DNA of 64,000 nt, from NCBI GenBank assembly GCA_951406725.2, contig OX597815.1:21700001-21764000 (forward strand), written 5' to 3'. The DNA comes from Octopus vulgaris (taxonomy: Eukaryota). Below are positions 1 to 13,686 of the stretch, one piece after another. The notes beneath the pieces are model-generated. The model was given only the letters and a program-made list of their open reading frames with translations, ran no database searches and was not told where the DNA came from. Position 1 is the first letter of the stretch. Every line of letters starts with the position of its first letter. A program made the translations under genes and the position numbers.

Positions 1-449
1 ACACACATGCACGCACGCACAAAAATATATGAAAGTGTGTTGCAATGTGTGTAAATAATATAAATGTTTGAAAAACATTTGAGCAATGCCGGCCAGATCA
101 GTAAGATGATATAAGTGAACGAAAACAATGGGAAAAATATTGTATAACTTTACGTAAGTCTTTTGATGATCTTATAATATTTCGGGAAAGTTCGCTCCTT
201 TCAAATCGAGGAAAAAAAACTAGCAAAATGTTCGGAGAAATGAGTCGCTCTTCTAGTGACGAGAATTCTAGGCGGTCTGCCGGTAACGGCACATTTCTCT
301 GAACATTTCATTATATTCTCTGAATATTTGATTATATTTGAAAAAAGTAAATCTTTCGCGAAATATAGGGTTATTAAGGTATCTTTGTAAAGTAATACAT
401 ATTTACATATTTACCTATTTTCTCACTTGCATCATTACTTAGTTCTTTT

Positions 450-495
<46 letters not shown>

Positions 496-555
496 ACATA
501 CTCCCGCATATGTATAAATATAATATAATATAATATAATATATATATATATATAT

Positions 556-1131
556 TCAAATTAATAATAAAAGGGTAAAATTAATTAATTAAATTAATTA
601 AGTAATCAATCAATTAATTAATAATTTTACCAAGTAGCTCGGTACGTTAAAACAATCTTAAGTAAAATTATATAAATATTCTATAATTATAAACACAATT
701 GTTTGTATTATAGTGCATTGTTGTACCATTCAAAACTTTTTATTCATTACAATCATAATTATAATTAGAGGTCAGCTAATTGCTTCACCACATACCGAAT
801 TTAGAAATAGGAGTTAAAAATTCCTTTTCTACTACTGTAAGAATCTCCTCGATAGAAACACACTTTTTTACGTAGGCAAAGAAAAGAACATTGAATCAAC
901 ACGACTCCGATTAGCCACAGACGCGTTTCGAGATTAAAGTGCTTTAAAATTACTTACTTCTCTCCTCAGTGTTGATTCATTGTTTTTCTCTTTGCCTACG
1001 TAAAAAAGTGTGTTACTGTCGTGGAGATTCTTACAGTAGTAGAAAAGGAATTTTTAACTCCTATTTCTAAATTCGGTATGTGGTGAAGCAATTAGCTGAC
1101 CCCTAATTATAATTAAGTTTATAATTATAGA

Positions 1132-1134
<3 letters not shown>
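556..1134 (-). mobile_element. Non-coding fold-back element (Penelope pLTR / retrozyme-like) with a hammerhead ribozyme in the loop
   Basis: Arms of about 147 bp (756-902 and 969-1115) are near-perfect reverse complements and the loop holds a hammerhead. It is flanked by (TA)n and (CA)n. The start (AATAATAAAAGGGTAAAATTAATT...TTTTACCAAGTAG) and arm motif (CACCACATACCGAATTTAGAAATAG) are shared with the element at 50230. Confidence 0.8.
915..974 (-). ncRNA. Type I hammerhead ribozyme, intact core
   Basis: Minus strand reads CAACA-CUGAGGA-GAGA...UCUC-GAAA-CGCG-UC-UGUGG. This gives the CUGANGA/GAAA core, stem II GAGA/UCUC, palindromic minimal stem III, a GUC triplet and stem I ACA/UGU. Confidence 0.85.
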
Positions 1135-1209
<75 letters not shown>

Positions 1210-1529
1210 TCACGTATGTATGTATGTATGTGTCTATGTGTATACTTATACCTTTATCCATTAAGGCATCATCAAAATAGCTTTATAATGGTGAAAAATC
1301 TATATTCAACCCAGACGCAGACATAATTGATAGACACACTAATTATAAACTAGTAAGGATTTGAATTATCTGAAAATAACCTGTATTATCAATAAGTTCT
1401 CCATCTCGCTTACCAACAGTTAACGCATGCGTACACACACGCACATACGAGAACACACATGCCCACACGCACATACACACCCACTCAGCGATGTAGTTTT
1501 ATTGTTAAGTTTCTTTTTAAAGCGGCTAA

Positions 1530-1735
1530 CTGGGAGAATCGTTAGCGCACCGGACAAAATGCTTCGCGGAATTTCATCCGTCTTTACGTTTTGAGTTCAA
1601 GTACCGATGACATCGACATACCTTTTTATACTTTCGGGGACGATGAAATAAGCACCAGTCAACTACTGGAGTCGATGTAGTCTAATAGCCTCCTCCCAAA
1701 TTTCAAGCCTTGTGTCTATAGAAGAAAGGATTATA
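1530..1735 (+). mobile_element. Degraded tRNA-derived SINE, family B (Nin/Deu-like domain)
   Basis: Similar to the copy at 61593 (GAATCGTTAGCGCACCGGACAAAATGC...TTTCGGGGACGATGAAATAAGCACCAG). Confidence 0.7.
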
Positions 1736-2054
1736 GGGTTTCTGCTTCACTGTACGCTTTTTCTTCCTTTGTCCTCCAAACAACCGTCTCCTCTCTATTT
1801 ATTTCTGATGTCTTCATCCTCAGTAGTGAGTTGCCCACTTGAACTAAGCATTGTAAATGTTAGTTCATAACCCATTCTAAATGCAATCTGAGAAGACGAA
1901 AAGATGAATTCGCTGTTACATAAAGATAAATATAATGTACAACTATTGAGTTATTTCTCGTAATTCTACTTTTTAACACACACACACACACACATACACA
2001 CATACACACATACACACACATACATACATACACACATATATACACACATACACA

Positions 2055-2086
<32 letters not shown>

Positions 2087-2233
2087 TATATTGATCAGAA
2101 AGAGTGATTTGAAAGACGTTTCTAGTGTCCGGACCATCGTCCAGTGGAGTGGATCCCAACCTTTTCACAATGGTTCCCAACCATTTTATTTAAATGAGTT
2201 TTCCACACAGACCCCTTTTGATATGCTTATCCT

Positions 2234-2235
<2 letters not shown>

Positions 2236-2296
<61 letters not shown>

Positions 2297-2461
2297 TTTA
2301 AATTTTATATATATATATATATATATATTTTTAATAAAAAAAAAAAAAAAAAGTTAAAATTGAAATTATAAAAAAAAGATTATTATTTAAAAAAAAAATT
2401 ATTTTTTTTTTATAAAAAAAATTTTTTTTAAAAAAAAAAAAAAAAAAATAAAAAAAAAAAG

Positions 2462-2492
<31 letters not shown>

Positions 2493-3000
2493 AATAAAAA
2501 AAAAAGAAATATATAAAAATATATATTTTATTATATTAAAAAAATAAATAAATATTTTTTATTAACAAAACATTTGCTTTTTTTTCTATTCATAAACGTT
2601 GGGTAGAACATTTTTCTGCATATTGAATAGAAACACCTATATATATAATGATATATAAATATATAACATATAATTTTTTTAAAATTTATTTATATAAAAT
2701 TTTAAATAAAAAATAAAATAAAAATATAAAAAATCAAATATGGGTTGTTTTGAGTTTGTGTTGTTGTTGTATATTGGCCTTGGGTGTTGTGTGTTGGGGG
2801 TTTTGTTTTGTTTTTGTTTGTTTTGTTTTTTGTTTTGTTTGTGTTGTTTTTTTTTGGTTTTGTTGTTGTTGTTTTGATTGTGTCTTTGTATGTTGTTTGT
2901 TTTGTGTTGTGTTTGTTTGGTGTGTTGTTGTTTTGTGTTTGTTTTGGGTGTGTGTGTTTTTGTTGTGTGTGGTTTGAAATTATAAAATATATAAATAAAA
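2236..3000. repeat. Low-complexity TA / poly-A / T-G-rich tract
   Basis: (TA)n followed by irregular A/T runs and a TTG/TG-only stretch. Confidence 0.85.
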
Positions 3001-3639
3001 ATGATGAATTTGCATTACTTTGCTGTTGTGCTATCACACGCTTTCGAAACTCCGAGGAGGTATTTACAAAAAATCGAAAACAGGAATGCTGAGACTGAAA
3101 AATTAAATTTACTTGCATTAACAACGCTGACGATTTACGATCGCTCTAAAATATCAACTTTGACACAGGTGGTTTTGGCTTGATCATCAACCTAGAAAAA
3201 ATGGTTGTAATGTTTCAATTTGTACAAAATAATGGAAATCTGGACACTGAAATACACCTGCGAATTCAAAGGGCAACACATAAATAACAACACAAAATTT
3301 ACAAATCGTGTCAATAGAAAAAATGGTTTAGAAATGACCAATTTGTATTTTAAATTAAACGGTATTTAAAAAAATTCCATAAACAACAACACTTTGCTCT
3401 TTGCTGCAATCATTCAATTTAAATTATTCTGCATGAGATGTCTGGTCATATATAGCGGATGAACGCACATTCAAACAGCCGTTTCCGAGCTTGCAGAGGA
3501 AAACATTAAACCTAAAGAATTTATCGTATAAGAACTAAATGAAGACATGGTCTAAAGGCATAGAAACCTTGGGATCGAGCCGGATGGCAAACAAAAGTGT
3601 GATGTGTCATTTGGGAGACCAAAAATGGTATTTACATAA

Positions 3640-4812
3640 AATATCGAACAACAGGGAATGTTTTTTACCTGACCAGACTGAAATTCAAAACAGGTTTTTA
3701 CTTCACGCATTAGGGAACTCTTATACGCTGACGATTGTGACCTAGTGATAATCAATCGCTCTAAAACGGGCCTGCAATCTCTTGTAGCTGCATTTGACAC
3801 AGCTTGTGATAATTTTGGCTTGATCATCAACCTAGAAAAAATGGTTGTAATGTTTCAATTTGTACAAAATAATGGAAATCTGGACACTGAAATACACCTG
3901 CGAATTCAAAGGGCAACACATAAATAACAACACAAAATTGGCTCTTTACAAATCGTTTGTCTTACCATTCTTGTTGTATTCTTCTAGAACATGGACGTGT
4001 TATGAAAGACATTTCAAATTGTTAGAACGATTCGACCAAAAATGTCTTTGCCTCATTTTAAACATTAAACGGTATTTTAAAAAAATTCCAGGCCCAGATG
4101 TCTTTGCGTCTGCAGGCATCACTTCAATTGAATAAATTATTCTGAAAAACCAAATGAGATGGTCTGGTCATATACTTCGAATAGCGGATGAACGCACATT
4201 CAAACAGCCGTTTCATGGCGAGCTTGCAGAGGAAAAACGCAATCGGGTTAAACCTAAAAAGAGGTTTAAGGACGGTATAAGAACTACCATGAAGACACTT
4301 GGAATGGATCTAAAGGCCATAGAAACCTTTGCTCCGGATCGAGCCGGATGGCAAACAAAAGTGTGGGATGGTGTGAAAGCATTTGAGGAGACCAGGATAA
4401 CACATGCAAGACTCTAGAGCGATTAAAGAAGAATGCTGCGATCGAGAAGGCGAATCTCAGTGACCTTTTTGTGTGCACAGTTTGTGACAGACCATGCCTT
4501 TCTTTTGCTGGGCTCAAATCTCATTTGAGAACCCATGAAAAACGAACCTCCACCAACTATTCTCCCTATATATCTCTACACACCTTTCAATACCGTGTAT
4601 GCCATAAAGTTTGAAATTCTAACGAAGGCGTCAAAAGACATTTTAAGATCCACAAAGATCAGAATTTAACTGCAGCTCTTAGTGGTTCAAATCGAATGTG
4701 CAATCTATGTGGATGTCTCTTCAATACATTGTCTTGTTTAAAAAGCCACATCAGACGACACGATGGATCTAAAGTACAGGAGGTGGTCAGACTCTGCATA
4801 AAGAGTAGACAA

Positions 4813-4815
<3 letters not shown>
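3640..4815 (+). mobile_element. RTE-clade LINE, 5'-truncated, internally deleted ORF2 C-terminus and 3' end
   Basis: Contains the (L)LYADDCDL RT motif, FGLIINLEKM, TKLALYKSFVLPFLLYSSRTWT, MRWSGHILRIADERTFKQPFHGEL and PKKRFKDGIRTTMK, then C2H2 fingers. The 3' end CTCTGCATAAAGAGTAGACAACCA is shared with the copy at 49462. Confidence 0.9.
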
Positions 4816-4849
<34 letters not shown>

Positions 4850-4866
<17 letters not shown>

Positions 4867-6424
4867 CTGAGAATGTGTGTATGTGTGTGTGTGTGTCTGT
4901 GTGTTTCCCTGAAACTTGAGAACTACACAACCAATTTCATTCAAATTTTACACATGCCTTACTTAGGGTCCGGGGAGTGTCATGGGCAAAAAATGTTCAA
5001 CTTCTTGCCTAGGGCGAGCCCATAGCAATATCATATCTTCTCCACTATTTTAGTATTACGTGTTAAAAGTGAAACAAAAACATCTCTCTATTTTATGTCA
5101 GATACTTTCACTTTAACAATAAAAATTAGAGATAATAATAATTGAATTATATGTAGTAAGAAATAATTAAAATCAAACTAAAGTATGATATAATAATTAA
5201 ATCGTAACATAACAAAAGTAAAAATAGCAATTGGTATAAAATTGCATCATAAATGGGAATAAATTAAAAATAAAATTAGTGTGCAGAAATGGAGTAGTCC
5301 AGATGGAGCTGTGCACATACCTTTTACCACAGCTTTTACATTAGATTATCTGCTAAGTAGCTATATGAAGTTTGGCTGTATGTCTGTTTTCTCGAAAAGC
5401 TGCTTCTACTGAGTACTGCTGTTGGTTTATTTCTTATACATAAAGGACTATAGCTTCAACTGCGTACTGCTTTTTGATTCACCGTAAGGTTTGTTGTTAT
5501 TATAATTACTGTTTAACTATTGTTATCACGTTTGTCGGTTCCTCGTAAGGGAAACGTTGTTGTGTTGCATTTGTTAAATAATTGTAAACCGTAATCCTCC
5601 CCCTTTGGGAGAAGGAGCTTTGGTTATTGTTTAAAAATTGAATTGTGTCCCTTTTTGGGGACACAATTCAATTTTGACAATATTTTCACCGTTTATACGG
5701 AAGCATTTTTGTTAAAATGCCTTCGATAGAAGTCCAAAAGTGAATTTCGCTGCAGCCGTCGGCGGGCGCGAACTCATTAAAATTAAAATGGAAGAAATAC
5801 AAACCTATTTTGGATTGATTACCGACAAAGACGGTGAATCTAGGTAACACCACCAAACGAAATAAAAAGTTAAATTAAAGAAAATACTATTGTCTATAAA
5901 GTATACAATGTAGAGAAAAAAAAGATTTGAACACCTGGAGGAAAGCACCATCGAAAAGTGTCTTGGTGCAACTATGAAAGATATCAAGTATCTAACCAGA
6001 GGCGGTAAATTCTCCACAATAGAAGCAAGGTTCGAGTCAACGGAGCGTGCAAGGGAGTACTCGACTCGAACCTTGCAAAGTGGAAATATTTTATTTTTAC
6101 CTTTATATCTGGGACGTAGGACGTCCCGGATAAAAATAAAAAATGTCCCCCCAGAAGTAGAGGTAGGCTGGATTGTAGCCACACTTCTATACAAGAAGGA
6201 GGACAAGATACAATTGATCGAAATTGCAAGAGACGGGCCTACAATTCCAGTCTGTTATATATTTTGAGTATTGTTATCACTAGCGATATCAAGATATAAC
6301 TTTGTATTTTGTATTTTATGTGAAGATGTATATATATAGATGTACATGTAATATGTACACATATATATACACATATATACATGCACTAGCACTATGACCC
6401 GGCAACGGCGGGTCATAATGCTAG
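4850..6424 (+). mobile_element. Non-autonomous Helitron-like element with internal inserted or captured sequence
   Basis: The 5' region (TATAACTGAGAATGTGTG...AACTACACAACCAATTTCATTCAAATTTTACAC) matches the Helitron 5' end at 6883. The 3' hairpin ATGACCCG-GCAACGG-CGGGTCAT is followed by CTAG|T at 6421-6424. Confidence 0.7.
5790..6267 (+). pseudogene. LINE ORF1-like (L1/Tx1-type) coding remnant
   Basis: ORF 5974-6267 (KYLTRGGKFSTIEARFES...LPLYLGRRTSRIKIKNVPPEVEVGWIVATL) resembles RRM-like ORF1 proteins of non-LTR elements. The upstream part is interrupted by stops. Confidence 0.45.
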
Positions 6425-6588
6425 TATATATATATTCTTCGTCGTTGATGTGTGTATATATATATATATATGTATGTATGTATATATATAACGGGAAGCT
6501 TTATGAAAATAGACAAAAGACGAAGGCAGGTGGAAAACAAACGAACAATTGTATTAGTATGGCGCTCAGGAAATATAAATAAAACAAG

Positions 6589-6626
6589 TCTTTAACGTTT
6601 CGAGCCTACGCTCTTCAACAGAAAGA
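6589..6626 (-). ncRNA. Minimal hammerhead-like motif with variant core, inside a ~220 bp element (about 6490-6710) in (TA)n
   Basis: Minus strand reads UCUUU-CUGUUGAA-GAGC-GUAG-GCUC-GAAA-CG-UU-AAAGA. Stems I and II pair perfectly but the core has A6 changed to U. Confidence 0.6.
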
Positions 6627-6706
6627 TACACAGAGAGAAAAAAAACACAGAAAGAAGGAGAGAAAAAAAATGCGTGCAGTAGCTAACGAATCAACATGGC
6701 GATCTG

Positions 6707-6777
<71 letters not shown>

Positions 6778-6882
6778 TATAATAAATATATATTCTTCGT
6801 CGTTGATGTATATATATGTATGTATGAACGTATATAATAAATATATATATATATATGTTCTCCGGTTTTGATGTATGTATAT

Positions 6883-7140
6883 CTCTATATATATAAAACT
6901 GAGAATGTGTGTATGTCTGTGTGAATCCCTAAAACTTGAGAACTACACAACCAATTTCATTCAAATTTTACACATGCCTTACTTAGGGTCCAGGGAGTGT
7001 TATGGACAAAAACACTTCTAACTTCTTGCCTAGGGCGAGCCCACAGCAATATCATATCTTCTCCACTATTTCAGTATTACGTGTTAAAAGTGAAACAAAA
7101 ACATCTCTCTATTGTAATGTCAGATACTTTCACTTTAATA
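6883..7140 (+). mobile_element. Helitron-like 5' end, second copy of the 4850 family
   Basis: Begins A|TCTCTATATATATAAAACTGAGAATG and about 250 bp is near-identical to 4866-5117. No 3' CTAG terminus was found. Confidence 0.7.
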
Positions 7141-7700
7141 CTGAAACTATTATATAAGAGGGATGAACCATTAACAGTGGACATCCATTTTGCTGGAAGA
7201 CGATCTGCTATGGTCTTATATGCTACACCACTGGTTTTTAATTCATATTAATCAAATTAATATTCAATTTCTCACCCTTATTATTTTAAAATAAAATTTA
7301 AACCCAGGACGTCACGAAACGTGTACAACAAAAAGTACGAAGCACGAGTACATGGAACATGAACTATGGAAAACAAAACAATCAACATAAAGAACAACTC
7401 TTCATCAGTTGTTGGCTGTTTTTCTAGTCTCGTATTTCGAGCATTTAACAACAATATACGCTTTCGATAAAACAGTTGCTCCCGCAAAGCAAATTAAATA
7501 AAATTTGGGATTTTGCGGAGGGTCAGAATTGGTAACACAAACAGGACAGTGAAAACAAAGCCTAAACGAGGTTGTGGCGACGAACGCGTAAATGAAGCTA
7601 GGACAGGTGACAAACAAGAACACACACACACACGCACGCACGCACACATACACACACACACACACTCACACTCACACACACATATATGTATGTATGCATG

Positions 7701-8019
7701 TGATTAGAGCATCGAGCTTATGATCGCGAGGTTGTGAGTTCGAATCCCGGACCGGGCTGCGTGTTGTGTTCTTGAGCAAGACACTTTATTTCACGTTGCT
7801 CCAGTTCACTCAGCTGTAGAAATGAGTTGCGACGTCACTGGTGCCAAGCTGTATCGGCCCCTTTGCCTTTCCCTTGGATAACATCGGTGGTGTGGATAGG
7901 GGAGACTGGTATGTATGGGCAACTGGTAGTCTTCCATAAACAACCTTGCTCGGACTTGTGCCTGGGAGGGTAACTTTCTAGGTGCAATTCCATGGTCAGT
8001 CATGACCGAAGGGGGTCTC
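7701..8019 (+). mobile_element. tRNA-derived SINE, family C
   Basis: B box GTTCGAATCC, core GTGTTCTTGAGCAAGACACTTTATTTCACGTTGCTCCAG, tail CCATGGTCAGTCATGACCGAAGGGGGTC. Near-identical to 60091. Confidence 0.9.
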
Positions 8020-8377
8020 AGCATATGCATGCATGTATGTATGTATGTATGTATGTATGTATGTATGTATGTATGTATGTATGTATGTATCTATGTATTT
8101 ATATAAATATATTAATAAATAATATATATAAGCAGAGAGGGAGTGAGAGTGGCTAATCGATCAATAGCATTATAGATATACATTTTTAGTTTTTATATAC
8201 CCTTTGCCAGCCTTCTAATACTTTACTTGTGTAGAGGTTTGTGTTGAGAGGGTTCTTGAAAAACCCAGAAGATGCTGGACAATAACCAAAAACAAAAAAC
8301 AAAAACAAAAAAAAAAACTAGCAATTTACCAGAATTACTCTACAATAGTTCCACTGCTGATGGCGTAGCGATGTCTT

Positions 8378-10476
<2,099 letters not shown>

Positions 10477-10897
10477 TGAAGATGTGTGATATTGCACCAT
10501 TGATGAAAGTCTACAATTATGACCGTTGGGCTATCGACCGACAAGCCAATAGACATCCATCACCTTAAGAAGAAGACGATTTCATTACATAAACGTCTTA
10601 ATCCAACTTCACCATCTGCTTTCATTTCTTCTCTCACTACTTTTCTTTCTCTCTATCTTTTTTCTCTTTATCCTTCTCCCCCTCTCTCGCCCGCTCTCTC
10701 TGGCACTCTCTCTCTCTCTCTCACATACTACACACTTTTTCTCTTTTTCTCCTTTCCTTTCCCTCCTTTTTGTTTCCGTTCCTGTTTCGGTGTCCATCTG
10801 TCTCTCCGTTTTCCGCTCCCTCAACCTTTCTCTCCTTCTCCTTCTCTCCCTCTCCTCTTTATCTGTGAATGTATATATACATTTATAATGCAGTTAT

Positions 10898-11115
10898 ATA
10901 TGTATGCATGTATGTATGCATGTATGTATGCATGTATGTATGTATGTATGTATGTATGTATGTATGCATGTATGTATGCATGTTTGCATGTATGTATGTA
11001 TGTATGTATGTATGTATGTATGTATGCATGTATGTATGTATGTATGTATGTATGTATGTATGTATGTATGTATGTATGCATGTATGTATGTATGCATGCA
11101 TGTATGTATGTATGT
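10898..11115. repeat. (TATG/CATG)n microsatellite
   Basis: Direct reading. Confidence 0.95.
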
Positions 11116-11597
11116 AGATACATGTGTGCGTGAGTGTGCGTATGTATATGTATACATGTATACATATACATACATACACACACATACATATGTATGTATA
11201 TATATAGCCTTATGTGCGCGCGCGTGCATAGTTCTATTTTTGAAAATTCATGCTTGCCAATATTGAACAAACACGCAATTACACATGTACACGGAGATAC
11301 ATATATACGCATACACCCAAAACATATACACACTCATATATATATATATATATATCTTTCCTGTTTAACCTGTTGCATCAATCGCTTTCTTCTGGAAGGA
11401 CCAGTATAAAAACTATGAAAATTAGCCCTCTTCCTCCTCCTGAAGATGATATAAGAAAGTCGACTTACTATCAGCATCACACAACGCCATCAAAACAACC
11501 ATCATAGTTAATATTAACACCAATATTAGGAGCACTGTTATCACAACCATCACCATTACCACCACTACAGCCAAAAGAACTACCACTACATCTTAAT

Positions 11598-11823
11598 ACC
11601 TATTTCTTTACTACCCACAAAGGGCTAAACACAGAGGGGACAAACAAGGACAGACAAACGGATTAAGTCGATTATATCGAACCCAGTGCGTAATTGATAC
11701 TTAATTTATCGACCCCGAAAGAATGAAAGGCAAAGTCGACCTCGGCGGAATTTGAACTCTGAACGTAACGGCAGACGAAATACGGCTACGCATTTCGCCC
11801 GGCGTGTTAACGATTCTGCCAGC
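11598..11823 (-). mobile_element. SINE family B
   Basis: Reverse complement of the 61593 copy, including CCTTTCATTCTTTCGGGGTCGATAAATTAAGTATCA. Confidence 0.9.
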
Positions 11824-12450
11824 CTCTCAGTAGCCACAACCAAATATTTTCCTTAATCTAACGTCCACAATCATTGTATTTACTAGCAATTCACTGTGTA
11901 TTGTTTCCAAGAAAAGAAACTTGAAAAAAATTTCTTCCTATATGTGCATTACACTCTCGTCGTCGACTTTAAAAAAACTTTGTTAAATATTTAATATGCT
12001 TCCAACTCGAGCTGTGCAGACAATCCCTTAACACTCACGACATTGGAAGTACAGTGAACCAGTGACTGATCAACACTATAATGGAAGAAGTCTTTCTTCA
12101 GAAAAACTTAGTCTTTTTCAATATTACGTTTATTCAGATGGGCGACTTGCCCGGACCAATATAACTTCACGCTAGACGTCCCGATCGAGCGATGAGACAT
12201 GAATGTCTGACCTGGATTTTAATCATATTGGTCTTTCATTAGTTGAAATATCTCATCTGCTTACGCCGCAACTACAGATATTAACAGCAGTTCGCACACT
12301 GAACGGATGGATCCCCGCCGTTGACAGTTTGTTATCCGTTCATCTGCTTAGCATCATTTAATAGCCAGTGACTCAGTAAGTTCGTCTGCCGAAATAGTTC
12401 CCCTCAACCATGCGGCATCATATGATTTCAATGCACCCTGGTTACATACT

Positions 12451-12675
12451 TATTTCATTATTACCCACAAGGAGCTAAACATAGAAGGGACAAACAAGGA
12501 CAGACATAGGTATTAAGTCGATTACATCGACCCTAGTGCGTAACTGGTACTTAATTTATCGACCCCGAAAAGATGAAAGGTAAAGTCGACCTCAGCGGAA
12601 TTTGAACTCAGAACGTAATGGCAGACGAAATACCGCTAAGCATTTCGCCCGATGTGCTAACGTTTCTGCCAGGTC
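12451..12675 (-). mobile_element. SINE family B with 18-bp target-site duplication
   Basis: Flanked by GCACCCTGGTTACATACT at 12433-12450 and 12676-12693. Confidence 0.92.
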
Positions 12676-13306
12676 GCACCCTGGTTACATACTATTTAAC
12701 TCATGGCTGGGATCCTGACATGACAGCCACTCCGGATCAAGGTAGACATAGGAACAATGGCAGCTAAGAGGTGGATCGACACGCCTCAAAACCATGGATT
12801 CTCAAACCCGGGTCAAACAACCAGATGCAGCTTAAAGTCAAACCCAGGTTTTTCAAATTCATATCCAGTCACATCCAGTCATATCCTCCAAACAAATAGT
12901 CAATTCATATATCAAGGAAACAGTTTTGTGATGAGTTTTCCCCACCAAACCTAAAATGTTCAACTAATATTTCCAAAGTTGCATCAAATACTTTCTTCGA
13001 TAAATTTTCATGGTAACTTTGCATCAATAACATTGGGGGAAAAAACTACGGTTTCATGCGTCTTCTTCGAGGCAAAGAACTACCGATCAAATGTTCAGTT
13101 GCTGATTTTGTACAAAGGCCAAGTATTAAAATACATCTTTCGTATCTGAGACGGCAGTGTTGCTATACATACAAACATCTTAGGATGCATTATAAGAAAG
13201 CCCAATCAACAGGCTGGCAAAGACTCGTGTACCGGCACACAAAATCTTTTAGCTTACACATATTTTGTTTCTTCACTCGGTCTCTTACACAGCTATTGTA
13301 ATATAG

Positions 13307-13686
13307 CTTTTACTCCTCTGAACTGGGAAAATCTGCACTCTCTAGAATGCCAGTCATCCTTCTCTGACTAAATAATAACGAAAGCTGTTACCCCTATCAT
13401 CATAACTACAACAACTGCTACTGCCACCATCATTATTATTTTCACCCATACTGCTGCCATGGTCACTATCAGTATCACTCTCATGACTTCGACGCCCTCA
13501 GACATGTCATCATCAGCTTCGTCGGCACCATCGCCACCACTGCCACGCTGCTACCGCTGCTACCGCTGCTACCGCTGCTACCGCTTTTACTCCTCTGAAC
13601 TGGGAAAATCTGCGCTTTCTAGAATGCGGCTCATCCTTCTCTGACGAAATAATAACGAAACGAAAGCTGTTACCCCTATCATCATA
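13307..13686 (+). repeat. ~100-bp direct duplication
   Basis: GCTTTTACTCCTCTGAACTGGGAAAATCTGC...GAAAGCTGTTACCCCTATCATCATA at about 13307-13405 and again at about 13583-13686. Confidence 0.9.

Noticed and set aside
2120-2156. Hammerhead-like CUGGACGA...GAAACGUC on the minus strand
   Set aside because: The core has an insertion and no stem I pairing could be found; too weak to call.
13640-13670. CTGACGA...GAAAC motif
   Set aside because: No stem II or stem III pairing; chance match.
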